DNA from: Acidobacteriota bacterium
Lineage (GTDB): Bacteria > Acidobacteriota > UBA890 > WLXD01
Assembly (NCBI GenBank): GCA_963666055.2
Contig: CAXWPH010000015.1
Span: forward strand, 1,408,001-1,472,000
DNA length: 64,000 nucleotides
Reading direction: 5' to 3'
Notes under the pieces: generated by a model
What the model was told of the DNA's origin: nothing
Databases searched by the model: none
What the model saw: the letters and a program-made list of their open reading frames with translations, nothing else
Part shown: in pieces, positions 17,569 through 28,886 of the stretch
How positions within the stretch are numbered: position 1 is the stretch's first letter
Layout: every line of letters begins with the position of its first letter
Position numbers and translations under genes: made by a program

Positions 17569-20334
17569 ATGCGCTCGCAGTTCACGCCGCTCCGATGCGC
17601 CGTGACATGCGCCACGTTGCTGCTGACCGTTTCCGTCGCCGGCGACGCAGCTGCACAGCAACTATCGGGGCAGTTCCTGGAGCATGTCCACTACCGCGAG
17701 ATCGGCCCGACGCGTCAAGGTGGCCGCGTCGTCGACCTGGCGGTACCTGACCGCGCCAAGCAGCCCTATACGTTCTACGTCGCGACGGCGAACGGCGGTC
17801 TATGGAAGACCACCAACAACGGGCAAACTTTCGCGCCCATCTTCGACGATCAGAACGTCATCGCCATGGGCGCCGTTGCGGTGGCTCCTTCGGAGCCGGA
17901 TGTTGTCTGGGTCGGCACCGGCGAGGCCAACAACAGCATCACGGATCCGTATGCCTCGTACTGGGGCGACGGTGTCTACAAGTCGACGGACAGCGGTGCG
18001 AGCTGGGCGAACATGGGTCTGGGCGACACGCACCAGATCGGCCGCATCGTCGTTCATCCGCAAGATGCGGACGTCGTCTACGTGGCGGCGCTTGGTCACC
18101 TGTACTCCGACAATGCCGAGCGGGGCGTGTTCAAGACCGACGACGGAGGCGTTACCTGGGCCCAGGTATTGAAAATCACCGAGGGTGATCGGCACATCAG
18201 CGTGGTCGACCTGGTCATGAGCCCGCAGAACCCGGAAGTGCTCTACGCCGCTGCGTACGACCGCGCCGCCACCCCGTGGATGTTCCGCCAGGGTGGTCCG
18301 GCGGCCGGTATCTACAAGACCACCGACGGGGGCGCGACCTGGGCCAGGCTGGATGGCCTGCCGCCAGGCGACATCGGCCGGATCGGCCTGACGATCTCGC
18401 CGCAGCACCCCGAGATTCTCTACGCCAGCGTCCTGTTGCCGGGTCAGTCGGAGGAGCCGGAGCGCCAGTACGAGAACTGGGTCTACCGTACCAACGATGC
18501 CGGTGAAACATGGCTGCGGACGCACTCCGAGCCGCTCGTGGGTGGCTCCTATTTCGGCCAGATCCGCATTGATCCGAACGACCCGGAGCACGTCTACTTG
18601 CTCGCCTTCGGCAATCAGCACTCCGTTGACGGGGGCCGCACCTGGAGCCTCGCCTTCCGCTGGGGCGGCGACAACCATGCGCTGTGGATCGATCCGAGCG
18701 ATTCTCGGCACATGCTGCTCGGATACGACTACGGCATGGCGATCACCTACGACTCCGGCGACAACTGGTACCACCCCGACGAGCTGCCCTTGGCGCAGTT
18801 CTACGGTATCTGCACCGACATGGCGTATCCGTACAACGTTTACGGCGGAACACAGGACTTCGGGACGTGGAAGGGCCCGAGCACCAAGAAAGGTCGCTTC
18901 CCGATTCGCTTCGAGGACTGGGAGCACATGCTCGGGGGCGATGGGTACTTCTGCCAGGTCGGTCCGACGAACAACCGATGGCTATACGCCGAGTCCCAGA
19001 ACGGCTCGTTGTCGAAGGTCGACATGCGGACGGGACGGCGCAAGCGCATTCAGTATCGAGGGTCCGATCTGCGCTTCAACTTCGATGCGCCGCTGCTTAT
19101 CTCGCCGCACAACAGCGATGTCATTTATCACGGTGCCAACGTGTTGCTGCGCTCCGCCTTCCGGGGCGAGAACTGGGAGGCCATCAGCCCGGATTTGACC
19201 ACCAACGACCCGCAGCGCCGCGCTGTCGGACCGCTCGCCTACAGCACCCTCACCACGCTGGACGAGTCGCCGGTGCAACAGGGAGTGATCTGGGTCGGTA
19301 CCGACGACGGCAACGTGCAGCTCACCCGAGACGGCGGCGAGACCTGAGCGTTGCTCAACGACAGCATCGTCGGCAACCCTGGGTACTGGGTCTCGAGCGT
19401 CGAGGCGTCGCACCACGATGCCGGCACGGCCTACGTGGCCTACTTCGGTCGGCGGCGCGACGATTTCCGGCCGTTCCTGTATAAGACGACCGATTTCGGC
19501 GCTACCTGGACGGAGATCGTCGACGGCCTGGCCATCGATGAGCCGATCAACGTCGTGGTCGAGGATCACAAGAATCCGAACTTGCTGTTCGCCGGCAGCG
19601 AGAAGGCGGTCTATGTGAGCATCGATGGCGGCACTCACTGGACGCGAATGCAGAACAACATGCCCAGCGTCGGCGTCCACGACCTGGTGATTCACCCACG
19701 CGAGAACGATCTCGTCGTCGGCACGCACGGACGTGGCTTCTTCATCGCCGACATCTCGCCGCTCCAGGAGCTCGCGCCTGAGGTGATGGCGCGAGACGCG
19801 TACCTGTTCAACATAGAGCCCGAGGTTCAGTGGGTCATGCCGTCGCAGCGTACGGTTGGCGCCCAGAACTTCGCCGGCGAAAACGAGCCCTACGGGGTGG
19901 TCATCAACTATTACCTCCACGAGGCCGTCGCCGGCGGAGTGAGGGTGCGAATCTACGACGGCATCCGGCTGATCAATGAGCTCAGTGCCACTGCAGACGC
20001 CGGGCTGAACCGTGCCATCTGGCCAATGACGTGGCGGCAGCCACGGTCGCCCGAAGCGATCGCCCGGTGGGATCGGCGGCAGGAGTTTGGCGCCCGGGAT
20101 CCGCAGTTCTTCGACTACTACGACACCGTGGATTTCTACGGCGACCCGAATGAGGAGGTCACCGCCGACGGCATGTCGATGCGCACCAGGGTGGACGATG
20201 CGGGGCCAATCGAGCGCGATTACAGGTATTTTCGTGTCCAGCCAGGCACCTACCGGATCGTTCTCGAGGTCGGTGGAGAACAGCTACAGGGACAGGCCGA
20301 GATCCTCGTGGACCACTGGTTCGAGCGACGTTGA
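17569..20334 (+). pseudogene. Exported BNR/Asp-box (VPS10-like) repeat glycosyl hydrolase-like protein with in-frame TGA at 19345-19347
   Basis: Multiple S/TxDxGxTW boxes; the TGA replaces the Trp of TRDGGET[W]; the reading frame continues unchanged to 20334. Confidence 0.8.
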
Positions 20335-20388
20335 ATGTCGGTCGTGCGCTATTAACGGAGCGCCACATGAGACAGCGGCCCGTGAGGA

Positions 20389-22176
20389 TCAGTGGCCAGT
20401 GTCCGTCGTCTCGCCGGTTTGCAGTCGCCAGAGCGCCGCATACAACCCGTCGTGCCCGACGAGCTCCTCGTGCGTTCCACTCTCGACGATGCGGCCCTGA
20501 TCCAGGACATGAATGGCGTCGGCGTGGCGCACGGTCGACAGGCGGTGCGCCACGATCAGCGTCGTCCGGCCTCGAGCGGCGTGGGCCAGGGAACGCTGGA
20601 TGGCCGCCTCGGTCTCGTTGTCGACGGCCGAGGTCGCCTCGTCGAGCACCAGGATCGCCGGGTCGCGATAGAACGCTCGCGCCAGAGCGATGCGCTGCCG
20701 CTGGCCGCTGGACAACTGGGTGCCGCGCTCGCCCACCGGGCTCAGGTATCCGTGTGGCAGCGTGCGGATGAAGTCGTGGACCTCGGTGGCGCGTGCGGCG
20801 GTCTCGACGGCGGCCATGTCGGGGATGGGCTCACCATAGGCGATGTTCTCGGCGACGGTGCCGTCGGTGAGAAAGGGATCTTGCGCGACATAGCCGATCG
20901 CCTCGCGCAGCGACCGTGGATCGTAGCCGGTGATGTCCTTGCCGTCGAGCAGGATGCTGCCGTGTGCCGCGTCTAGGAAGCGCATTAGCAGCTTGAGCAC
21001 CGTAGTCTTGCCGCCCCCGGTTGCCCCGACGAGGGCCACGGTGGCACCGGCGGGGACATCGAAATCGACTCCGTTGATCGCCGGTTTGCCTTCGTACGCG
21101 AAGTGCAGGTTCTCGAAGCGGAGCTTGGCGGTGGCACCAGCGGGCACCGGCGTGTCGGGCCGGGACGGAACGGGTGTGTCCAGGAGGTTCATGATGCGAG
21201 TCACCGAGGCCATGGCGCGGTTGTACAGATCGGTCAACTGGGCAAGGTCGGTAAGCGGCCAGAGCAGGCGCTGCGTCAGGTACACGAGAGCCGAGTAGCT
21301 GCCTACGCCGATGTCGCCGCGCAACGCCAGCATGCCGCCGTACAGCAGGGTGGCGATGAAGCCCGACAGCACCGCCATGCGGATCACCGGATTGATGGCG
21401 GCGGCGAACCGAATAGCGTCGGCGTTGCGGGCGCGGTACGCGTCGGAGGCGGAGCGCAAGTGTTCGGCTTCGAATTCCTCGGCCGTATACGCCTGGATGG
21501 TGGCCATGCCGAACAGATTGTTGTTGAGGCGCGCCGACAGCGCCCCGGCGGCGTCACGTGCTGCCGCGTAGCGCGGCGCCAGGCGTCGCTGAAACCAGAA
21601 AGCCCCGAAGATGATCAAGGGAATCGGCAGGAGCGCCATCATCGCCAGATCGGCCGTGATCACGAAGAACACCGCGCCCACCATGATGGACGAGAAGAAC
21701 ACTTGGATCAGGCTGTTGGCACCCGTGTTGAGGAAGCGCTCGACCTGGTTCACGTCCTCGTTGAGTAACGCCATCAGGCGGCCGCTGCGCTGGCGCTCGA
21801 TGAACCCCGGAGGCAACTGCTGGATGTGAGAGTAGGCGGCCTGGCGCAGCTCGTGCTGGAGGTCCTGGGCCAGGCCGCGCCACTTGAGTGCGTAGAGGTA
21901 CTCGAAGAACGACTCCAGGGCCCACACCACCACCGTGAGCGCGGCGAGTACCCACAGTTGCTCGACCGGGTCGGCAATGCCTTGGCGCGCCAGGAACGAG
22001 TCGCGCTGGTTCACCACCACGTCGACGGCCACCCCGATCAACAGCTCGGGCAGCACATCGAAGAACTTGTTGAGTATCGAGAACGCGGTGGCCAGATACG
22101 CGTCGCGTCGATAGGGTCGGGCAAAGCCGACAAGCCGGCGAAGCGGGCTGACCGCAGGCGCGTGGGGTTCGGACAT
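20389..22176 (-). CDS. ABC exporter, fused permease/ATPase
   Basis: GATGGGKT Walker A, LSSGQRQR signature, LVLDEATS Walker B; N-terminal TM domain. Confidence 0.92.
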   Translation of the reverse strand: MSEPHAPAVSPLRRLVGFARPYRRDAYLATAFSILNKFFDVLPELLIGVAVDVVVNQRDSFLARQGIADPVEQLWVLAALTVVVWALESFFEYLYALKWRGLAQDLQHELRQAAYSHIQQLPPGFIERQRSGRLMALLNEDVNQVERFLNTGANSLIQVFFSSIMVGAVFFVITADLAMMALLPIPLIIFGAFWFQRRLAPRYAAARDAAGALSARLNNNLFGMATIQAYTAEEFEAEHLRSASDAYRARNADAIRFAAAINPVIRMAVLSGFIATLLYGGMLALRGDIGVGSYSALVYLTQRLLWPLTDLAQLTDLYNRAMASVTRIMNLLDTPVPSRPDTPVPAGATAKLRFENLHFAYEGKPAINGVDFDVPAGATVALVGATGGGKTTVLKLLMRFLDAAHGSILLDGKDITGYDPRSLREAIGYVAQDPFLTDGTVAENIAYGEPIPDMAAVETAARATEVHDFIRTLPHGYLSPVGERGTQLSSGQRQRIALARAFYRDPAILVLDEATSAVDNETEAAIQRSLAHAARGRTTLIVAHRLSTVRHADAIHVLDQGRIVESGTHEELVGHDGLYAALWRLQTGETTDTGH

Positions 22177-22505
22177 GCTCGCGCGCCTTGATCTCACCCG
22201 CAAATCCCGTCTGCGATATGCAACGATTATCTGGTGTTGCGGCAGCAGGCTGCCCCTCTACGTACCGACCCGGAAGAAGCCGGCAGGAGCACGGTGGTGC
22301 GGCACGGTATCGGCTGTCAAACCGTACGTCTACAGGCGTATGTGGGCGGCCCGTCTGACGCTCATCGATCGTACGCTTTTTGACGCTCCAGACTGGGTCG
22401 TTGTTGCCAGCAGCGTTTACCATGCCGCAGACTCATCGCCCATGCGATCGTCCGCCGGAGGGCGACCTCGTTGCCCGGTGCACCGCCGCAAGCAGGACCA
22501 ACTTC

Positions 22506-24758
22506 ATGAGATCGACCGCTCTGCTCCCTCGCGTTGCGACGCTGCCGCTCGTCGTGGCGCTCGCGTTTGTCGCCTGCGCCCCCCAGCAAGCCCCGGATCC
22601 GGAGGTCCAAGCCTGGCAGGAGCGCGCCGCCGGCATCACCGTCATCCGCGATGACTGGGGCATCGCCCACATCTACGGCTCCACCGACGCCGACGCCGTC
22701 TTCGGGATGATCTACGCCCAGGCCGAGGACGACTTCAATCGCATCGAGGTGAACTACCTCAACTCGATGGGCCGCCTGGCCGAGGCCGAGGGCGAGGCGG
22801 AGATCTACCGCGATCTGCGCATGAAGCTGTTCATCGTCCCCGAAGAAATGGAGGCTCAGTACGAGGCTAGCCCGGACTGGCTCAAGGCGCTCATGGACGC
22901 CTGGGCGGACGGCCTCAACTACTACTTGTACACGCATCCACAGGTGCAGCCGCGGGTCATCGGGTGCTTCGAGCCCTGGATGGCGCTGACCTTCAGCGAG
23001 GGCAGCATCGGTGGCGACATCGAGCGGGTCTCGCTGCGCGACCTCGAAGGCCTTTACGGGTCGTCGCCCGAAGCCACGATGGGTGCTGCGCCCTCGACAA
23101 ATCTCCGGACGTCGTCGCAGCTCGCGGCGGCCAGCGACAATGAGCTCTACGCGGAGCTGTTCGCCGAGCCCACCGGTTCCAACGGCTTTGCTATCGCCCC
23201 CGCCAACACGGTCAGTGGCAACGCTCTGCTGCTGATCAACCCCCATACGTCGTTCTACTTCCGCTCCGAGCTACACATGGTGAGCGACGAGGGATTGAAT
23301 GCCTACGGGGCAGTCACCTGGGGGCAGTTCTTCGTCTACCAGGGCTTCAACGAGAGCGCCGGTTGGATGCATACATCCACCACTGCCGACAACATCGACG
23401 AGTACAGCTACGAGGTGAGCGTCCGCGACAATGGCGTCTATTACCCATACGGCGACGAGGAGCGGCGCATGCGCGAAGCGATCATCGCGGTGCCCTACAG
23501 GGACGCCGACGGCGTGGCCGAGCGGCAGTTCACCGTCTACTACAGTCACCATGGGCCGATCGTCCGGACGCTGGACGGACGCTGGGTCGCGGTGAAGCTG
23601 ATGAACGAGCCGGTGAGCGCGTTGACCCAGTCGTATACGCGCACCAAGGCAGCCAACTACGCACAGTACAGACAGATCATGGAGCTGCACACCAACTCCT
23701 CGAACAACACGGTCTTCGCCGACGGCGAGGGCAACATCGCCTACTTCCACTCCAACTTCGTGCCGATCCGCGACACGCGCTTCGACTGGAGCGAGCCGGT
23801 CGATGGAAGTGATCCAGCCACCGAGTGGCAGGGCTTGACCCCGGTCGACGAGTCGCCGAACGCTCTCAACCCGCCTGGAGGCTGGATCCAGAACACCAAC
23901 AACTGGCCCTATTCGGTTAGCGGCGACAGCAGCCCTAGGCAGCAGGACTACCCCTCCTACATGGACACGCGCGGCGAGAACGCCCGCGGCCTGCACGCCA
24001 TGCGCGTGCTCGACGGCAAGACCGATTTCACGCTCACCAGCCTCATCGAGGCTGCCTACGACAGCTACCTCACCGCCTTCGAGCCGTTGATTCCGGCGCT
24101 GCTGAGCGCCTACGACCAGACACCCGCTGCCGAGCCGCTCAGGGCCGAGCTGGCCGAGCAGATCGAGATTCTGCGCGGTTGGGATCTGCGCTTCAGCGTC
24201 GACTCGGTGGCCACCTCCCTGGCCGTCTTCTGGGGCGACGAAGCCATGCGCGATGCGGCGCCCTCGGCTCGCGCTGCGGGTATGTCGGTGTCTGACTACA
24301 TCGCCACCCGAGCACCCGCCCGGCAGCTCCTCGAAGCGCTTGCCGCGGCGTCGGATCGCCTCACCGAGGACTTCGGCTCCTGGCAGACTCCCTGGGGCGA
24401 GATCAATCGCTTCCAGCGCATCACCGGCGACATCGTCCAGCCGCACGACGACAACGCTCCCAGCATCCCGGTCGCCTTCGCGTCATCACGCTGGGGGTCG
24501 CTGGCCTCCTTCGGCGCCGGTCGCTTCAACACCAAGCGGCTCTACGGCACTGGCGGTAACAGCTTCGTCGCCGTCGTCGAGTTCGGTGACCGCTTGCAGG
24601 CGCGCGCCGTCACCGCAGGCGGCGAGAGCGGGGACCCGGCGTCACCGCACTTCGACGACCAGGCAACCCGGTATGCTACCGGGGATCTGCGGCCGGTGTA
24701 CTTCTACCGGGAGGACGTCGACGCGAGTCGGGAGCGCGAGTACCACCCGGGGGAGTGA
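22506..24758 (+). CDS. Penicillin acylase family (Ntn hydrolase) lipoprotein
   Basis: IRDDWGIAHIYG, YAQAED, G|SNGFAIAP (catalytic Ser) and LLINPH motifs; lipobox AFVAC. Confidence 0.9.
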   Translation: MRSTALLPRVATLPLVVALAFVACAPQQAPDPEVQAWQERAAGITVIRDDWGIAHIYGSTDADAVFGMIYAQAEDDFNRIEVNYLNSMGRLAEAEGEAEIYRDLRMKLFIVPEEMEAQYEASPDWLKALMDAWADGLNYYLYTHPQVQPRVIGCFEPWMALTFSEGSIGGDIERVSLRDLEGLYGSSPEATMGAAPSTNLRTSSQLAAASDNELYAELFAEPTGSNGFAIAPANTVSGNALLLINPHTSFYFRSELHMVSDEGLNAYGAVTWGQFFVYQGFNESAGWMHTSTTADNIDEYSYEVSVRDNGVYYPYGDEERRMREAIIAVPYRDADGVAERQFTVYYSHHGPIVRTLDGRWVAVKLMNEPVSALTQSYTRTKAANYAQYRQIMELHTNSSNNTVFADGEGNIAYFHSNFVPIRDTRFDWSEPVDGSDPATEWQGLTPVDESPNALNPPGGWIQNTNNWPYSVSGDSSPRQQDYPSYMDTRGENARGLHAMRVLDGKTDFTLTSLIEAAYDSYLTAFEPLIPALLSAYDQTPAAEPLRAELAEQIEILRGWDLRFSVDSVATSLAVFWGDEAMRDAAPSARAAGMSVSDYIATRAPARQLLEALAAASDRLTEDFGSWQTPWGEINRFQRITGDIVQPHDDNAPSIPVAFASSRWGSLASFGAGRFNTKRLYGTGGNSFVAVVEFGDRLQARAVTAGGESGDPASPHFDDQATRYATGDLRPVYFYREDVDASREREYHPGE

Positions 24759-24950
24759 CTGATCAGTCATGCTGCGCAGTTCGATATCAGCCGCCCATCG
24801 AGCGGAACCTCGGCTGGCTTTGCGGGCCTGTATTGATCGCGTACCGAACGCCGTCTAGAGTCGCTCTGCGATCCTGAGCCGTTCGTTGTCGGGAGTCTCC
24901 TTTGCTCGGCGTGTCTCCTTTCCCTTGTGGGGCCATCGGTCCAGACCCCC

Positions 24951-26078
24951 ATGTCGTCGATGTCCGCTAGCTCCTCGACCGACGGTATGGCCTGGAGGGG
25001 CGCGGCGCAGCTGTTGGCGTTGCTGGTCCTGCTCTACGGCTTCTTCGTCGGGCTCGACCTCATGGGGCTCGCCTTCAAGCTGTTCGGGCGAGGCTTCGCC
25101 GAGACGCTCATCGCGCAGACCGCCAATCCGCTGGTCGGCCTGTTCGTCGGCGTCCTGGCCACGAGCCTGGTGCAGAGCTCGTCGACGACCACGTCGATGA
25201 CCGTCGGACTGGTAGCCGCCGGAGCGCTCACTGTCGAGGGGGCCATCCCCATCGTCATGGGAGCCAACATCGGCACCTCGATCACCAACACACTGGTCTC
25301 GCTGGCCCACGTGACGCGGCGTGAGGAGTTCGAGCGCGCCTTCGCCGGAGCCACCGTGCACGACTTCTTCAATTTGCTTGCCGTGGCGATTCTTTTGCCG
25401 TTGGAAATCGCCACCGGCTACCTGGCCCGTGTAGCTGCCGCGCTCGAGCATGGGCTCGAAGGCACTGCCGGGATCGAGCTGTTCGATCCGCTGCGCGCCG
25501 TTGTCCGGCCGTTTGCCGAAGGCGTCGTCAGCCTGGTCGGCGAGTCGGGGATTATCGCTCTGATCGTCGGTATTCTGCTGCTCATGACGTGCTTGAAATT
25601 CCTCGTCGATCTCTTGAAGGCGCTGATGTCGTCGCGCGCCGAGCGCGTCCTGCATGCGACGCTTCTGCGCTCGACCACTGCCGCCGTCGCCGCCGGGATG
25701 GTGATGACGGTGATGGTGCAGAGCAGCTCGATCACCACGTCGGCGATGATTCCACTCGTCGGGGCGGGTATCGTGACGCTGGAGCAGATGTTCCCGCTTA
25801 CCATCGGCGCCAACCTCGGTACGACGATCACCGCCATGCTGGCGGCGCTGGCCACCGGTAACCCGGCTGCGGTGACGGTGGCGTTCGCGCATGTGATATT
25901 CAACGTGACTGCGACTCTGTTGGTTTTCTTGCCGCCACCCATGCGGCGAATACCGCTCAGACTGGCGCGCTGGATGGGGCGCGTGGGGAGTCGCAATCGG
26001 CTGTTGGCAGCCGCCTACATCATCGTGGTTTTCTTCCTGATACCGCTCTCGCTGCTGTTGATCAGCGGCACCCTGTAG
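24951..26078 (+). CDS. Na+/phosphate cotransporter (NptA-like)
   Basis: Duplicated QSSS..T and GANIGT/GANLGT motifs; start codon uncertain. Confidence 0.9.
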   Translation: MSSMSASSSTDGMAWRGAAQLLALLVLLYGFFVGLDLMGLAFKLFGRGFAETLIAQTANPLVGLFVGVLATSLVQSSSTTTSMTVGLVAAGALTVEGAIPIVMGANIGTSITNTLVSLAHVTRREEFERAFAGATVHDFFNLLAVAILLPLEIATGYLARVAAALEHGLEGTAGIELFDPLRAVVRPFAEGVVSLVGESGIIALIVGILLLMTCLKFLVDLLKALMSSRAERVLHATLLRSTTAAVAAGMVMTVMVQSSSITTSAMIPLVGAGIVTLEQMFPLTIGANLGTTITAMLAALATGNPAAVTVAFAHVIFNVTATLLVFLPPPMRRIPLRLARWMGRVGSRNRLLAAAYIIVVFFLIPLSLLLISGTL

Positions 26079-26091
26079 CTGGAGAGCTGAG

Positions 26092-26745
26092 ATGTTCAAG
26101 CGCCTGTTCGGAGCGCGAGCCCAATCAACGCTGATCGACGAAGGCTTCGAGACGATCTCGGGGATGCTCACCCACGCCGCCGAGATGTATGACATCGCCA
26201 TCGAGATGCTCCTCGACAACCGGCCCGCGGACGTCGATCTTGATGCGCTCGACGACCGTATCGATGACGGGGAGCGCCAGGTACGTCGGACGGTTCTGCA
26301 GCACCTCGCCGTCGATCCACGGCACGACCTCGTAGCGAGCCTGATCCTGGTGTCGATCGTGCAGGACGCCGAGCGCATCGGCGACTTCGCGCGTGGTCTC
26401 GGCGATCTCGTCGAGCTCAAGCAGGGCCGTCTCGAGGGTGAGTTCGCCGATGGCCTGCGCCAGATCGCCGAGCGGATCCGACCGAGCTTCGAGGTGTGTG
26501 CTGCCGCCTTTGGTGACGATGACGCCGAGGGCGCCAGCCAGCTGATCGGGCACCATGTCGAGACCAAGGTCATCGTTGCAGAGTACATGTCTCGGCTGGC
26601 AGCCAGCGATCTGTCGGCCGACCCGGCAGTGGTCTACTCGAGCGCCGTGCGTATCCTCGCACGGGTGAGCGCCCACCTCAGCAATATCGCCTCCTCGGTT
26701 GTGCAGCCGTACGACCGAATACGACACGGCGACGAGGAGGTCTGA
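26092..26745 (+). CDS. PhoU-domain protein
   Basis: DDRIDDGERQVRR, QDAERIGD and ARVSAHLSNIA motifs; follows the Na/Pi transporter. Confidence 0.8.
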   Translation: MFKRLFGARAQSTLIDEGFETISGMLTHAAEMYDIAIEMLLDNRPADVDLDALDDRIDDGERQVRRTVLQHLAVDPRHDLVASLILVSIVQDAERIGDFARGLGDLVELKQGRLEGEFADGLRQIAERIRPSFEVCAAAFGDDDAEGASQLIGHHVETKVIVAEYMSRLAASDLSADPAVVYSSAVRILARVSAHLSNIASSVVQPYDRIRHGDEEV

Positions 26746-26756
26746 CGCCAGAGTTT

Positions 26757-26781
26757 TTAGTGTCCTGAGTCAGGACACTAA
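26757..26781. repeat. Perfect 12-bp inverted repeat with 1-nt spacer
   Basis: TTAGTGTCCTGA-G-TCAGGACACTAA between convergent genes. Confidence 0.85.
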
Positions 26782-26821
26782 GGCCAGGGGCGGAGGGGCA
26801 CCTTGCCAAAATGACGGCCCG

Positions 26822-28771
26822 CTAATCCAGACCGAAAGCCAGTAGCACGTTTCCTGGCGCGTTGCCGAGAATCGCGTAGCCGGAGCCGACGTAGAGCATG
26901 CCGTCGACGATCGATGGTCCCGCCCCGCCGAAGCCGCCGCCGAAGCCGGCCACGCCGTTCACGGTGTTGAACTCACGCGCGGTATTGAACTCCCACTGGA
27001 TGGTGCCGTCCTCGGTGGAGTACGAGCGCAGCACCCCGTCGCGCGAGCCGGTCAACACAGCGCCGCTGATGGCGGTGGCCGCAGCCCAGTTGCCCGAGTG
27101 GCAGGTCATCTCTTCTTCCGGGTCGGGGCAGTCGCTCGGCTTGGGCAGCTTGGTGTTCCAGACCCGCGATCCGTCCTCTACGCGCAGGGCGGCGATGCTG
27201 CCGGTACCGTCTGACTGCGGCACTGGCTTGAAGTAGTACTCCCCGTCGAAGGCGCCGCCGAAGCCTGCGTCGGTCGGTGCCATTTCATCTCCCGCCTGAG
27301 CTACCCACAGAACGGCGCCGCGGTTGTCCGGATCGAGCGCGGTGACACGGCCGCTCTCCTGACCTTGAATGAGGATTCGACTTCCATCGGCCAGCCTGTG
27401 CAGCACCGGCGATCCCGACGGGTCGTCGTCGGGGGTGTTGACGAAGCCAGGGCAGTTCAGGCGCCGCTCTTCGGTAGTGCTTCCGCAGCCACCGTCGTGT
27501 CGGTCGTTGGGTACCAGCTGAGTCCACCAGAGGCGCGCGCCGGTATCCATGTTGAACGCCATCACCGACACGCAGGTACCGTCGTCGAATCCGACGGGGT
27601 CGTCGAAGAACTCCGAGATGTAGCAAGTCCCCGTTGTCGAGTAGAGCTTGCGGTGCTCCAGATCCAGTGTCGGCGCGTTCCACACGGCGGCGCCGGATGG
27701 GCCATACAACTGTGTGCCGGCTGAGTTTGTGCGTAGCGGCCGTGGGCGCTCCGACATCGTGTAGGTCTTCCAGACTCGGCGCCCCGAGCTCATGTCGAGC
27801 GCGCTGACGCTGCCTTGGAAGGTGCAGCACTCGTAGCTGATCTGTCGTGCCGGAATCTGTGCCCACGACGAAACGCCTACGTACAGGTACCCGCCGGGCG
27901 AAGGATCAAGCACCGGCGGACCGGTGATCTTCGCTGCCGGATGGTCGTCGGGGCGCATCGACCAGAGCTCCTCGCCGGTCTCGGCGTTGACTGCAGTGAC
28001 GTAGCCCATGTAGTCGCCGAACGCCGCGGCGTAGCGCACCCCGGGCACGTCGCTCACTGCGCCGATGCTGACCGCTGTGCGCACCTGACCCGGTGCCTCG
28101 TACGACCAGTGCACGCAGCCGCTCTTGGCGTCGAGCGCGTAGACGAAGTTGTTGTCGCTGCCGATGAACAGCGCCCCGCCAACGATTGTTGGCTGTGCCC
28201 ACGATGCCGAGGCAGCACCCGGTAGGGCAAAGGCCCATTTCAGCTTCAGCCGTGGCACCTGCGAACCGGTGAGGCCGGCGTCGGCGCGCTCTTGAAAGCG
28301 GTGCGAACGAGTCGGATCCGGAGTCCAGCCGTTCCATTGTGGCCCCTCGAAGGGATCGTTCAACGACAGCGGACTGGCGCAGGGATTGGTCATCGCCGTG
28401 GCAGCGCGATCGGCGGTCCCGCCGAACGGCTTGCCGGTGACCAGCTCTGCCAGCGCTGCCAGCTGCTCGTCCCTGAGTCCGAGCACGAACTCGACCATCG
28501 GGCCGGTGGTAACAGCGGCGAGCACCCGCTCGGGCGCCAGCTGCCGCAGGGTGTCGCGGCTTGGGGCACGGTTGTCGGGGCTTCTGTTGTCGTGGCAGCT
28601 GGCGCACCGCATCTCGTAGTCGAGCACCATGCTGGCCGGAGTCGCGGGTCCCGCTGGGCTCCATCCCTGCTGCGCGGGTTCGCCCGATGCTTCAAGAGGC
28701 CGTATGGGCCAGAGGACGGCGAGAATAGTGAGCGCTACCAGGGCGCTTGGCAGGAACGCGAGTCGTTTCAT
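26822..28771 (-). CDS. Quinohemoprotein: N-terminal cytochrome c plus PQQ beta-propeller (polyvinyl-alcohol dehydrogenase-like)
   Basis: CASCH heme motif; LKLKWAF, YECCTFQGSV, GAAVWNAPTLD and GMLYVGSGY...PGNVLLAF motifs. Confidence 0.85.
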   Translation of the reverse strand: MKRLAFLPSALVALTILAVLWPIRPLEASGEPAQQGWSPAGPATPASMVLDYEMRCASCHDNRSPDNRAPSRDTLRQLAPERVLAAVTTGPMVEFVLGLRDEQLAALAELVTGKPFGGTADRAATAMTNPCASPLSLNDPFEGPQWNGWTPDPTRSHRFQERADAGLTGSQVPRLKLKWAFALPGAASASWAQPTIVGGALFIGSDNNFVYALDAKSGCVHWSYEAPGQVRTAVSIGAVSDVPGVRYAAAFGDYMGYVTAVNAETGEELWSMRPDDHPAAKITGPPVLDPSPGGYLYVGVSSWAQIPARQISYECCTFQGSVSALDMSSGRRVWKTYTMSERPRPLRTNSAGTQLYGPSGAAVWNAPTLDLEHRKLYSTTGTCYISEFFDDPVGFDDGTCVSVMAFNMDTGARLWWTQLVPNDRHDGGCGSTTEERRLNCPGFVNTPDDDPSGSPVLHRLADGSRILIQGQESGRVTALDPDNRGAVLWVAQAGDEMAPTDAGFGGAFDGEYYFKPVPQSDGTGSIAALRVEDGSRVWNTKLPKPSDCPDPEEEMTCHSGNWAAATAISGAVLTGSRDGVLRSYSTEDGTIQWEFNTAREFNTVNGVAGFGGGFGGAGPSIVDGMLYVGSGYAILGNAPGNVLLAFGLD

Positions 28772-28886
28772 CGACGCTTACTCCAGGTGGAGGGGTTGCT
28801 CATTCTCGGCACCTCAGGCAGGGTCGTCAACCGACGCGGCCAAGTGCCAGCGCGCCAACATCGTTTCTTCGAACCCGGACGCGAAC

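Noticed and set aside
19345-19347. Alternative genetic code (UGA=Trp)
   Set aside because: TGA is the normal stop for many genes here, including ATGA/GTGA overlaps, and Trp is otherwise TGG.
24795-24825. IERNLGWL resembling an IS5 transposase C-terminal motif
   Set aside because: Too short, with no supporting flanking similarity.
24951-26745. Na/Pi cotransporter with a separate PhoU gene
   Set aside because: This is a known arrangement, and no clear Pho box was seen.
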